Positions 11,795 through 23,380 of a DNA stretch of 52,146 nucleotides are shown one piece after another; the stretch's first letter is position 1, and each line of letters begins with the position of its first letter. Origin of the DNA: Chiloscyllium plagiosum (Eukaryota). The notes beneath the pieces were generated by a model. It did no database searches. It was not told where the DNA came from and saw nothing but the letters and a program-made list of their open reading frames with translations. The position numbers and the translations under genes are program-made. The stretch lies in contig NC_057753.1 in NCBI RefSeq assembly GCF_004010195.1, forward strand, positions 10,816,858 to 10,869,003, read 5' to 3'.

Positions 11795-12330
11795 TGGATA
11801 AACACGAGGACACCAACACCATGATGAAACCAGGGAAATGTTGAGACCGAGGGAAGAGATTTAGTTACCCTTTCCAACTGGAAATTGATTGATGCAGTCA
11901 CATTGGAGAGAGGCTGTTTACCTGCTCTACATGTGGGAAGGGATTCACAGTGTTATTCAGCCTCCAGAAATACCTGCTTATTCGCACTGAGGAGATACTA
12001 TTTAGGTGCACTTCTGATGGAAAGTGTTTCACAAAGTCAACCTCACTGCGCACCAACAAGTTCACATGGGACAGGTTGTTTATGTGTCCTGTGTGTGGGA
12101 AGGGATTTGCACGACCATCAAACTTGTTGCGACACCTGCAAGTTCACACTGGAAATGAATTATTTACTTGCTCTGAGTTTGCGAAGGGATTTGCATAGTC
12201 CCAAAACTGGTGATACATCAACACATGCATACTGGCAAGACTGTGTAAAAGAATTCACTCAGTCTATTCTTCTGCCAGCACATCAGTTCACACTAGGGAG
12301 AGATCATTCACTGCTCCGAGTGTGATAAGA
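11795..12330 (+). pseudogene. C2H2 zinc-finger pseudogene
   Basis: SHIGERLFTCSTCGKGF and CPVCGKGFARPSNLLRHLQVHTG, with stops and frameshifts. Confidence 0.9.
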
Positions 12331-12354
12331 AATCCATTCAGTTTTCCCAACTTC

Positions 12355-12490
12355 CAGTGCCGTTACAATACTAGCATCTACCCAACAATGTGGAAAATTG
12401 CCAGAGAATGTGCTGACGTGAGAGTGCCAGACCTTGACTTCAAGGCTGCATTCGACCCAGTGTGGCATCAAGGAGCTTTGCTTAGATTCC
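12355..12490 (+). mobile_element. Short CR1/L2-type RT fragment
   Basis: YNTSIYPTMWKIA and LDFKAAFDPVWHQGAL; paralog at ~40065-40195. Confidence 0.7.
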
Positions 12491-14244
12491 ACTCTGTAAC
12501 TTACTACAGCGTATGTTACTCTGTATATGAATCACCCTGATCCCCTTGATTAGATTCCAGTCTGTAATTCCTTCCCGAGTAGCATTTCCAGACTTTTCCT
12601 TGAGTAATGTTTGACTGGAGTCTTGTGGTGAGTCTTTCTAATCTCTGTCTCACTCACTTGATAATTTTGGTGGTTTGTAATTCGCTACGAATGTTAGACT
12701 GCACTCCTCAATCTTCTGCATTTATCTTACTCAGACATGGGACCTGAACGTCGTTAGCATCTATTTGCCATCCCTCATTGTGCCATTGAGTTCCAGACTT
12801 CAGATCTCTGGAGTTCTATGTCAGCTTGAATGAGAATGTTGGGCCTTTAATGAGCTCCTTGAATTCAGAGGCACAGAGAAGATGATAGAGAAAGCGAGGG
12901 ACAAGACTATGAGCAAAGGTTAGCATTTTATAATGCATTACCAGAAGCCTGTGTGGGTCAGCAGGCACGGGAATCGTATATTAAATTAACTTGATGTGAG
13001 GAAGGCGAGAACCAGCTCTGGAATGAAACAAAGTCACTGGACCTGAAACGTTGACTGTACTGTCTGCCCATTGATGCTGCCAGACCGACTGAGGTTCTCC
13101 AGCAGTTTTTGATTTTGTTTCAGATTTCCAACATCTGCAGTTATTTATTTCTTGTTTATTGATCTGGATGATCTGTTTTTTGGGGGGAATAGAATGCTGC
13201 AGGCCTTCAGGAATGTGAAAGAATCAAACTCCGAGGTGACAAATGCATAGATGTAATTTTCAGAAGCAGATGAGCTGAGGTGGAGCAGAGTCCGATATTA
13301 TTCCTAAGGTTTAAAGAGGTGGTCATAATGCAAGTGTGGATATGCAGTTGGACGCTCATCTGGGAGGTAAATCATTTACCAAGCTTTCAAGTGGCAAGTT
13401 TAGCCTCCCACATTTGGCATGAAGATAGATGGAAGTGGTGGCTGGAGAGTGGTGTTTGCAATATGGTTTGGACATAATGAACTTGAACTTCTCATTCTTT
13501 AATTGTGCAAGATTTACAAGTATCTAGAATTGGGTGTTGGACAAGTCAAGACAGTAAGAAATGCAGAGAGAAACTTGAGGATAATGATTTTCACATATAC
13601 CTGCTTCTCAGGTCGAAGTTTTGCAAATTCAGTCAAACCTCTCGTTGTATTAATGATACCTGAAATGTCCACCCTTTCTTCCCTATCTCTCCCACTTCTC
13701 ACTCTCTCTGCCTCTGTCACTCTCACTGATTTTCCTCTTTCAGAGGTTAGAGTCATTTGTAAGTCCAGACCAGGAAGTAGAGTTTCTTCACTGAAGAACA
13801 TTATTGAATCAGTGACAATTCAGCAATGTTTATGATCACTATTTCCTAGTTTGGATCCCATAAATGATCAAAATAATTCAGGTCTCTGTGATTTTCTGAT
13901 TTCTCAATCAATCTTTTTGTTGTTTCAGATCACTTTTATATGAAGTAGTGGATAGGAATGAATTACAGGTCAGGAAATAAAACCATACATCCCATCAGGA
14001 TCTGACCAATAAACCCAATTTCTCACATCCTGAACACCTGTTTCTGTTGGATTAATTGAAGCTTGCCCAGTCACAGATGCTGATATTTTGGATGAACATG
14101 AAATAAATTCACTTGTTTTGAAGCAGATTAAACAATAGTCTTTTTAATTTCTCTCACACAAGGTTTCTCTTTTCTTTTCAAAGATTGGCTCCCAACAGTG
14201 TCTCCTCCCCCATCCTGTCTAACAGCTGAAGAACTGACACCAAC

Positions 14245-14455
14245 AGACCCCATGTCTGTGTGGATTTCCTCCAGGTGCTCCAGTTTCCTCCCACAATCCA
14301 AATTTGCAGGTTAGGTGGATTGTTCATGCTAAATTGCCCACAGTGTTCAGGGATGGATAGGTTGGGTGCATAAGACTGGTAAATATAGGAATGGGTCTGG
14401 GTGGACTTGTTGGGCTGAAGGGCCTGTTTCCACACAGTAGGAATTCTAATTCTAC
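14245..14455 (+). mobile_element. HE1-like SINE, 5'-truncated
   Basis: TTTCCTCCAGGTGCTCCAGTTTCCTCCCACA core and GGGCCTGTTTCCACAC tail. Confidence 0.85.
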
Positions 14456-14832
14456 TGCATAGTTTAAGTGGTGATATATTGGGATGTGGAGAAAGTGAGT
14501 ACTCCAGATGCTGGAGATCAGATTTGGCAAGTGTGGCACTGGAAAAGCACAACTGGAGCAGGAGAGTCAACGTTTCAGCCACGAGCCCTATATCAGGAAT
14601 AACGTGTGGATGTACAAAGAATCTTCTACACCAGTCAATGCCAGTTGTTAGACAGGTGCAACAAGCAATGAGCAAGGCAAGTGGTATATTAGCAAGAGGA
14701 ATTAAGAAGTGGGGATGTCTTCCTGCATGTAGGGAGTCATTGAGTATGTCCAAGGCTGAGTTCGTCTGATTTTTGAACAAGAAAGAAGTGGATGCCTATG
14801 GGCGTAGACAAGAAAATGGTGTTCAGACCAGT

Positions 14833-15235
14833 TAGAGTCATACAGCATAGAAACAGACGCTTCAGTCCAACTAGTCCATGCTGACTATGTTCTCAAACTA
14901 AACTGCCAGTCTTTGGTCCAAAACCCTCCAAACCTTGCCAATTCATGTACTTATCCAAATGACTTAAATATTGTAACTGTACCTACATCCACCACTTCCT
15001 CTGGACATTCATTCCAGATGCAAACCACTCTCTGTAGAAAACAAATGATGCCCCTCATGTCTTTTTAAAATCTTCCTCCTCTCACCTTAAAAATTTGCTC
15101 CCTTGTCTTGAAGCCCCCACCCTCGGGAAAGAATACCTATCATCCACCTCATCTATACCTCTCATGATTTTATAAACCTCTAAGGTCACCTCTCAAACGT
15201 CAATTTTCCAGTGAGAAAGGTCCCAACCTATCCCT
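14833..15235 (-). mobile_element. HER1/CR1 LINE 3' end
   Basis: Reverse of typical CR1 3' end (CCACCACTTCCTCTGG..CATTCCA; GATTTTATAAACCTC). Confidence 0.85.
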
Positions 15236-15349
15236 TAGATGTAATTTTATTCATACTCATTTATGATCTGTTCAATGCTGGTGCAGGCTCGACAAACCAA
15301 ATGGCCTACTCCTGCTCCAGTCCTCACACTCTATGTCCAGGACAGCAAG

Positions 15350-15735
15350 AGACCATAAGACAAAGAAGCAGAAATTATGCCATTCAGCCCATCAGGCCTG
15401 CTCTACCATTCAATCATGGCTGATAAGTTACTTAACCCCGATTTTTCCCTCTTTCTCCACATAACTCTCAATCCCCCTGATACTCAAGAACCTCTCTAAC
15501 TCAGTCTTAAATCTTCTCAGTGACCTAGTCTCCACAGCCTTCTGTGGCAGTGAATTCCACAGGTTCATCACTCTCTGGCTCAAGAAATTTATTCTTATCT
15601 CCATTCCAAAAGGTCTGTCTTTTACCCTGAGGCTGTGCCCTCAGGTCCTAGTCTCTCCTACCTATGGAAATATCATCTCAACTACCACTCTGCCTAGGCC
15701 GTTCAGTATTCTGTATGTTTCAATTAGATCCCCCC
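15350..15735 (-). mobile_element. CR1-like LINE 3' fragment
   Basis: GCCATTCAGCCCATC, GAATTCCACAGGTTCA and CCTAGTCTCTCC motifs typical of the reverse CR1 3' end. Confidence 0.75.
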
Positions 15736-15894
15736 TGAGTGTGGGCCTGCTAATCAGCATGTACCAGACCCTTCAGTATGAGGTCCAGCAGGGATTAGGT
15801 TCAGCAAAGTGAGAATGGGGGGAAGAGTGTGTGGGATGAAGATTTTCAGCTTTCAGTGAATGAGAGAGGAAAGAAACTTTGCTATAAATTAGAA

Positions 15895-16690
15895 TTGATT
15901 AGATGGGCTGAGGAGTGGCAGATGGAGTTTAATTTAGATAAATGTGCACTGTTGCATTTTGGTGAAGCAATCCGGGACAGGACTTTCACAGTTAATGGGG
16001 AGTGTTTCTGAAAAATAAGAGACCTTGTGTCGCAGGTTCATACTTCCTTGAAAGCAGAGTCACAGGTAGACATGGTAGTGAAGAAGGCATTTAGTATGCT
16101 TGCCCTTATTGGTCAGTGCATTGAGTATAGGAGTTGAGAGGTCACGTTGCAGCTGTACAGGACATTGGTTTGGCCACTTTTGGAATATTGCATTCAGTTC
16201 TGGTCTCCCTGGTACACTACAGGAAAGATGTTGTGAAACTGTGAAAGGGTTTGGAAATGATTTACAAGGTTGTTGCTAGATTTCGAGAGCTGAACTAGAG
16301 GGAAAGGCTGTTTTCCCTGGAGCATCGGAGGTTGAGGGTTGACCTTTTCAAAGTTTATAAGGGGCATGGATATGGTGAATAGCCAAGATCTTTTCCCCAG
16401 GATTGGGGAGTACAAAACTAGATGGCTTAAGGTTGAGGTGAGAGGGGATGGATTTAAAAGGAACCTGAGGGACAACTTTTTCACTCAGAGGGTGTGGCAT
16501 GAATGGAACAAGCTGCCAAAGGAAGTGGTGGAGGCTGGTATAATTACAGCATTTTAAAGGCATCTGAATGGATACATGAATAGGAAGGGTTCAGAGGGAT
16601 CTGGGCCAAATGCTGGCAAGTGGGACTCAATTAATTCTGATATCTGGTCAGCACGAACAAGTTGGACTGAAAGGTGTCTTTCTGTGGTGA
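15895..16690 (+). mobile_element. HER1/CR1 LINE 3' part
   Basis: WAEEWQMEFNLDKC..LHFG, LEYCIQFWSP and NFFTQRV..WN.LP..VVEAG. Confidence 0.92.
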
Positions 16691-17239
16691 ATGACTTAAG
16701 TCTTTGGTGAAAGCAGAAGTGTCAATGAGAAGACTAGACTTATAGTGTAGCTTTCAAAGATGTTTTGCCCTGACTGGGAGTAGAGGAAGTTACAATGAAA
16801 TCTATCATTTGTGAGACAGCAACTGAGTGAGGAGTCTGGTATTTTGGTGGAAAATAAAATTCATTGCACTGTAGGAATGAAATGGTTTCAGGTTTACTGG
16901 CAGTAAGTAAAGTGTGCTGAGTGGGGAACCCAGTGAAGTGTCAGGTGGATTTTTGTTTTAAACTGCTCATTTATTTCAGCCTTCAACATTGTATCTCTGA
17001 TGTTGAAAATCAGAGGAAGCGGTGGATCAGTAACTGGTATTGTTAGAAGCCTTACGATTTTCAGCACTGCAGGTACTGCATTGTTTTATCAGCATTGTAA
17101 AGGTTACTAGCAGCAGCCGGAGGTGTGGGATCTATTCATTAGAAACCGTTAAGCAGTTAGATAATGCATTCGATTTGCAGAAGGTGGGAGGTTCTGGATG
17201 CTGTGATTGGGCAAACACAACTGCGGAAAATCATAGAAG

Positions 17240-17745
17240 CCCTAGAGTGTTGAAGCAGGTCATTCGGCCCATCGCATTCACGCCAACCATTCGAATAAGC
17301 ATGCCACCAACGCACATCCCCCCAACCTACCGAGTTGTTTCTGCTGGTGAGTGAGACTAGGACGAGGGGACATGGCCTCAAGATTAGGGTGAGTAGATTT
17401 AGCACAAAGATGAGGAGGAACTGCTTTTCCCGGAGAGTAGTGAATCTGTTGAATTCTCTGCCCAAGGAAGCAGGAGAGGCAGCTTCGTTAAGAATATTCA
17501 AGACAGTTGTGTAGGTACTTGCATGGTAGCGGAATTAAAGGTAGTTGGGGTAATGTAGGTAGGAGGAGCTGAAACGATGGCTAGATTAGCCACGATCTTA
17601 ATGAATGGCGGAGCAGGCTCGATGGGCCAATTGGCCTTCTCCTTCTTCAATTACTACTAATATATAACCCTGTATTTCCCATCGGCTAACCCACCTGACC
17701 TACACATCTCTGGACACAATGGGCAATTTAGCATGACCGATCCAA
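17240..17745. mobile_element. HE1 SINE fragment (minus) interrupted by CR1 3' end (plus, ~17330-17655)
   Basis: HE1 reverse tail 17240-17320 resumes at ~17665; intervening TRTRGH..K..FS.RVVNL motif. Confidence 0.7.
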
Positions 17746-18009
17746 ATCAAGGCAGGTGAGCAATGTTGTGATGTGGAAAATGAACATCAGAGAATGATAG
17801 AAAGGCATACGGAGAATAAATCAACCAGCAATCAATGCTGGATTCAAAAGATCACAAAAATTGTAACTAAAAACTGAATGCTGCACTACAACAAAAGTGA
17901 CACTGCTCCTTCAAGCACTGATATCATGGTAGTATGGTGTCAACTTGAATACAGGTCCTGATTTCTCTGTCCTCTGATCTCCCTGTTCCCACAGAGTGAG
18001 GTGTCATCT

Positions 18010-18125
18010 GCATTCCTAACCCACCAACTGGTCCACACTGGGGAGAGGCCGTTCACCTGCTCTCAGTATGGGAAGGGATTCACCCACTTCTCCCACCTAC
18101 AGAAGCACCAGTGAGTTCACTTGCC
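18010..18125 (+). pseudogene. C2H2 ZNF terminal-finger remnant
   Basis: [32 protein letters not shown]; paralog at ~48010-48115. Confidence 0.85.
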
Positions 18126-18169
18126 ATCACAGGGGGAATTGAAGGAGCAACGGCCAAGTGCCAATATCG

Positions 18170-18400
18170 ACTGGACTATCAACCCAGTTCTGGGGACTTC
18201 CACGTTCGAATCCCACTGTGACAGATGGCAGAATTGGAATTCGGTCAGGAATCTGGAGTTCAGAATCTAATGATGAGACCATTTTTGTAGGGAGAAAAAC
18301 CCATGTGATTCACTCATGTCCTTTTTAGGGAAGGAAACTGCCATTGCGGGAAAGATGATTCCAGACCCACATCAGTGTAGTTGACACTTGACTGCATTTC
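18170..18400 (+). mobile_element. DeuSINE/SacSINE1-like element
   Basis: B-box GTTCGAATCCC plus AAAAACCCAT.TGATTCACTCATGTCCTTTT.AGGGAAGGAAA core; related copies at ~37410-37600 and 48170-48440. Confidence 0.65.
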
Positions 18401-20135
18401 CCCTCACCCCCCCCCCCCCCATCAAATTAGTGGGGAAAAACTTACTTGGATACAGCGATTAGGTTGAAATTGCTGAGTGAGGCAATATTTCCTCTGAGTT
18501 AAGGCTGTAACAAGGATTCAATTTCCCTGTTGTCATTTTATGACAACAAGGACAACTGCAGCAACAACAAAAAAATACAGAGCCAGAATAGCTGTACATC
18601 AGAAAATGTTTAGGAAACACCAGGCCTTTCCTCAGAAGCCACCTACCCGAAACACAGCTTTGTGGTGGTATCATCACTTATTCTGGTGTGCCCTGTACAC
18701 AGCCCATGTTCACACGTCAACGCCATGGTAGGGTGGGGTCCACGCAATCGGATCTTCCTGCCGTGGGGCCACTGATAATTTTACCATTTGGCACCCTACT
18801 GCACTCATAAGCAAGCAGGGTCCTATACACAACACTATGAGCAAGACCAGTCCTACAACTAGTAGCCCATGTAAGATCCAATACCCCCATCCTCCCCAAA
18901 GGGAGGTGAACCATCAGAACCAAGAATCATCTGCTGGGGCAGGCGGTTGTATCGCTACCTTCATATGATTTATTACACTAGTGATATTCTGGGACTCATC
19001 AGGAATATTAAAACAGCATGAGGTATCTAACACTTTGCAGAAGCCCCCTCTCTCGGCCGTCAATATGTCTAGTATTAATCGATTTTGTATCACTGCTTCC
19101 CTAACTGCCGTTAACTCAGTGTTAATGAGTCGAGGCCTTCCTCCGTCTCATTTGCTAACAGTAATATACTATATGTAAGGCCATTAATCTTGTTTATTGT
19201 CACTGTTGTCCCTGCTCCCAAAAGGATGGACCGCCCAATGTTCGCTCCTGGTGTAGTACAGGGGTCTGTGAGGGTGTACCCTTTCCAATGCCGTGGGACG
19301 TCCCTTCGGGTGCATCTGTTACCGGTTCTCGGGGTGAACACTGTTGTGCCAGTGGACAGTATCGCGGGGTAGCAGCACCCTTTCCATCCCAGGGGAAGGT
19401 GGTGGTACCCTTTCTCTCCACAGGCCCATATTATACCCGCCACCATGGTCTAATTGTTGATTAAGGGACAAGCAATGTTTATGGTCATACCATTTGCATA
19501 AGTTGCTGAGCAAGAATCATTGTTCAAGTACAGCGTTGTCGTGCACTGGGAGATCCCCAAGTGGAGTCTTCCCTGATTGGTGCAAATACACGTTTCTCCT
19601 CTGCCTTCCACTTTATGGAAAGCTGTGGTCGGGAGCGTGTCAGCCTTGGGACTGCAGTTAGCCTTGTGTTCGGGTGGTTGTGCAAGATTTTCCCTAATTG
19701 CTCCCCCTGTCAGGGTCAGGGTGGTTGCTGCCCGCAGAAGGAGACAGCTAGCATTTCTCGCCAGGCTCTCTGTAATTTGTTCGGCAGTTCACCGTTAGGC
19801 TGTGTGCAAGCATATCCAACAAGGGTGGCCACCGTCTAATCTCCGGTATTTATTAGGGCCAAAGCACATGCTCTGTTCCCTTCACATCCAGCAATGGCCC
19901 TTTGCACTTCCCAACCTACTGGTGTCGCATTTACGCCATTTATCTCCTGCATGGTCAATTCTACTACCGAGTTAGACTTGCTATCCAGTCAACTCCCTCT
20001 GGATTTGGGCATGACCTTAATGCCCTCTGCCCTTCTTGGGGTTAGGTCCATGATCTGGTTTGGTTGGTTGACATGCCCTGGTGCTACTGTTTTCTGTAGG
20101 ACCTTTTGCACTGCATCTCGGGGTGGGGCGCACTG

Positions 20136-20740
20136 TACCACTATATTCACCTGTCTATAGATCTCTGAGAAGGGTCTATCTATTCCACAATACCACACTC
20201 CCTCATCGTTCTTCTGAGTCTTGGATATTACCACCCATGCCCTGACACCTCCTATCTTGATCATAGAATATCTATTTCCTGTGTCAGGTGTCCCTTTGGC
20301 TGTGGTGGCTACTACTAAGTGCCAGTCACCGGCACCGCAAGGATCCCTGCATAAATATTTATTATCCCATTTATAGTGGACGGCACGGTGGCACAGTTGT
20401 TAGCACTGATGCCTCACAGCGCCAGAGACCCGGGTTCAATTCCCACCTCAGTCTACTGACTGTGTGGAGTTTGCACATTCTCCCCGTGTTTGCATGGGTT
20501 TCCTCCGGGTGCTCCGGTTTCCTCAAACAGTCCAAAAATGTGCATGCTAAATTGCCTGTAGTGTTAGGTGAAGGGGTAAATGTAGGGTCTGGGTGGGTTG
20601 CGCTTCGGCGGGTCGGTGTGGACTTGTTGGGGCGAAGGGCCTGTTTCCACACTGTAAGTAATCGAGTCGTCCTGGTTTCTAAATGGCCATGGGTCGGATG
20701 TGAAGGTCCCCTTAATTCCCTCAGTTAAGATTACCATCTG
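20136..20740 (-). other. CD300/pIgR-like Ig V-set domain within env (split by SINE)
   Basis: After SINE removal: ..DDYKWDNKYLCRDPCGAGDWHLVVATTAKGTPDTGNRYSMIKIGGVRAWVVISKTQKNDEGVWYCGIDRPFSEIYRQVNIVV. Confidence 0.85.
20378..20664 (+). mobile_element. HE1 SINE (near full length) inserted in env
   Basis: A box TGGCACAGTTGTTAG, B box GGTTCAATTCC, HE1 core and tail; AGT duplicated at 20375-20377 and 20665-20667. Confidence 0.93.
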
Positions 20741-20855
20741 CGGCTGCATCCCCTGCCCTTACGAATAGTCCTACTAGGACACTTGCTAAAAGTGTGAGCT
20801 GGAGCAGCCCCATTATTTGTATGAGGCTTCTAATCACTACTTGCACTTAATTGGT

Positions 20856-21245
20856 TCAGGTGCTGTCCGATGTCTCCTCAGGCCCAGCTACACGCTTGCA
20901 ATGGCTGGCGTGTGACCATGTGGTTCTTTCTGCAATCTTAACTGCTGTCTTTGTTGCAAGGAGCACTTGAAACGGTCCCAGACACCTCTTCGCCTTCCAG
21001 TTTTTCCTCCTGAAGTCTTTCACCACTATCCAGTCTCCAGGATCTAGCTCGTGCAGCTTCCCTTCTGCTGGTTGGGGTAGTGCTGCTTTCACTTGATTGC
21101 TTTTCTTCTGGTGTGGCCTGTGACTGTAACTCCCGTACATCTGCTGTTGGGGTACAAATGTTTGTCATAAACATGTCAATCTGCTCACTTGGCGGCTGGT
21201 GGGTTGCCGTTCTTGCTGCTGAGTCTGCCCTTGCATTGCCTGTAC
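20856..21245 (-). pseudogene. pol: ERV pol remnant (RNase H C-terminus joined to integrase C-terminal domain)
   Basis: GTGNARADSAARTA...ELQSQATPEEK is joined directly to QVKAALPQP...PGDWIVVKDF...WSHASHCKR; the IN core is absent. Confidence 0.88.
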
Positions 21246-22454
21246 CTTGTGGGCTGCCCATCTCCACCTCAGCCTTCCCCTGTCAGTCACCCTGTCACTC
21301 AGCCTCCGCAAACAAAGCACCCGTCAGGTGGTCTCAGTCCACTATGGGCATTATGGACTTCAGTGAGGCGTGTAAAGTACCGGGACACGGTCTCACCTTC
21401 CCGTGGTTTATACATTGCTATTTTGGTCATATCCATTTGCAATGGGAGTGCCTCCCTACAGGCGGTTGCCAGCGCTGCAACAAAAACATTAAAGTCTCCA
21501 TTTGCTCCGCTTGCGGATCGGCTACTCTGGCATGGATGTTTGCAGCTGGCCAGGTATACTTGATTTTGGTGACGTCAGCACCTAGTTTTCGTCCCAGGAG
21601 ACGTATCATCTCATGTGACATGGGACGGAACTCAGTACAGAACTTTGTCATTTCTTTGGCAACCTTATTATCTCCAACCTCGCGTGTGTCAGGCAACTGC
21701 CCATAGGCGCTTTCCAGATCCTTCATGGTCCATGGCCGTTGGACCAACACTGGATACCCTTCTGGACCTGCAACTGCAACCATTGGGGCTTGCAGAACTA
21801 CCTGGTTAGATGATCATGTGCTAGTACCCTCACTGCCTGACTCATCATCCGTCGGGGGGTGATCGCAAACAGGCCTTGGATGCCTTTCTGTCTTGGAGTG
21901 GTTGTCCTTCTTTTGGGTTCTTGCTTCAATTGTTTGCGGGTATCAGTTGTTTGCTATCAGTGATCCAGCAGACCCTGAGGCAATGGCCACTGACATGGAA
22001 CTTTCGCCAGGCGGATCTCATAGTGGGGCTGTAGGTCTCAGAGGGCAGTCATCAAGGTCAGGATCTGAAACAGACTTAAGACACTGTACAGCTTTGTTAG
22101 GTTGTTTTCCAGGCGCATCTGCATGTGCGCTGGTGTTTGGTATTTGATCTATCCTTTACTTGAGATTTCCTTTCTCCGATATCAGCCTCAGCCTTCCACA
22201 TGTAATAAGCACTCCAATTCATGGGTTATATTATTCCCTTCCTTTTCTCCTCTCTCTCCTCCAACCTTGACCTCAATATTTCCAGCTGTCTTTTACTAAA
22301 ATTTGCTCCCTCCGGAAAACCACATTCCTTGATCCTCAATTCTAACTGCTTTACAGACTCTGGGCCGTAATTATTTAGCATGTATGTGTATTTTTGGTTG
22401 GCCATTCCAAGTCCTGTGTGGACTCTCCCTTTGTTTGTTCTTGCCGGAGCCCAT
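21246..22454 (-). pseudogene. gag: ERV gag (MA to CA), truncated
   Basis: MGSGKNKQ (myristoylation-type start, ATG 22454), YMLNNYGP..GFPEG, PMVAVAGPEG..VQRPWTMKDL, and MHR-like KPREGETVSRYFTRLTE. Confidence 0.8.
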
Positions 22455-22969
22455 TTTTAGTGTAACTGGAAAAGTCTCTCTCTCTCTTCCCCCTCCCTCC
22501 CTTGGTACAGTTATCTTTTCCCTTCGACTTGCTTTTTACTTCCTGAGGACCCCTCTAGCATTGGGTGCATCCGCCTCAATGCCTTGGTTTTCGTAAACCA
22601 TATACCCGGTACATCTTTGGCGAGTCCAACTCAGCCAGTCCAACTCCAAGTCTAAAACCACCCCTACACTTGCTGTCTCCGAAACACTCTTGAGACGGCA
22701 ATCCCTTTCCCTGGGGCTCTAATACCACACGAGAGTTCACTGAACCCTTTTCCTTCTGTATTTATTTTTTTAGAATGAGTCTCTGTGTAGGATTACTTAA
22801 GCCACGACTCTTACCCCGAGCCTATTCGATTCGAACCCCCAGCACTGGGGCAATCCACAGATTCTCAGTCCTCTCACGCAAAAGGACCAATTCAGCGCTC
22901 GAGATGAAGTGAAAGACCTTCAAGGCGCTGGCGCCTGCGCCTCCTGGGAATCTTCAGAATCTCACCCAG

Positions 22970-23380
22970 TCGCGGAAATTAAATCAACTTGACTCAATTA
23001 TTAGCAAGAGCAAAGAAAGGAGTTTTATTCTAAATCCAGCAGGATTGACTCGTTACACTAAGCCAGATGCCTCAATGTAAGGAGGCCAGAACATCATTCA
23101 AATGCTTGCCTTATAGAGTTTCTTATCATGTTATCAAGGGCAGAGACTGGGAGAGCTCAAGTTGTTATCCACTCATCCCCTGGGCTTAGACATAACAGTT
23201 CTTCAGCTTTCGCTGAGTTCGACTATCGCAAGGTCGAGTCGAATGTTTATGGAATTCAAACAGAGATAAGCTAATGGCAAATCTTCATTAAAGTATCGTT
23301 TACAAAGCTCAGTACAGCATTGAACTGAAGAAAAGCATTCTCTCTTAAATTTCACAGTAAATGGATAATTTTCCATTACA
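22970..23380 (-). repeat. ERV 5' LTR (~410 bp)
   Basis: Minus begins TGTAATGGAAAATTA and ends TAATTTCCGCGAC (imperfect inverted termini); TATAA ~23112, AATAAA ~23025. Confidence 0.8.

Larger units (their letters stand above)
3611..18490 (+). repeat. Segmental duplication, copy A of ZNF-cluster block
   Basis: Colinear homology to 37960-48500: 3611-4000~37960-38370, 4310-5300~38520-39500, 11878-12540~39900-40270, 12580-13400~40760-41555, 13400-14240~46020-46820, 18020-18490~48010-48500. Confidence 0.85.
18710..20813 (-). pseudogene. env: ERV env pseudogene: signal peptide, Ig V-set domain, SU (CWIC), furin site, TM
   Basis: MGLLQLTLLASVLVGLFVRAG from ATG 20813; CWIC 19810-19821; RCTRR 19303-19317; ISD QNRLILDILTAERGGFC; CX6CC CKVLDTSCC (~19013-19039); TM WILHGLLVVGLVLLIVLCIGPCLL; stop 18710-18712. 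Several stops and frameshifts. Confidence 0.92.
18491..23380 (-). mobile_element. Class I (epsilon/gamma-like) endogenous retrovirus, internally deleted, lacking 3' LTR
   Basis: 5' LTR, leader, gag MA/CA, RNase H end (GNARADSAAR), integrase C-terminus (PGDWIVVKDFRRKNWKAKRCLGPFQVLLATKTAVK), then a gamma-type env. Confidence 0.93.

Noticed and set aside
18459..18677. Cys-rich ORF (FFCCCCSCPCC) resembling metallothionein or a palmitoylated tail
   Set aside because: It arises from TGT/TTG-rich low-complexity sequence and runs across the ERV-host junction.
19989..20264. Ig-like ORF as a host immune-receptor exon (TCR/Ig/CD300 gene)
   Set aside because: No RSS or separate receptor TM exon is evident; it is embedded between retroviral integrase and SU/TM motifs, so it is treated as part of env.
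20378..20450. tRNA-like A and B boxes (also 26432, 44510, 45706, 18200, 48190)
   Set aside because: These are SINE heads followed by HE1 or Deu bodies, not tRNA genes.
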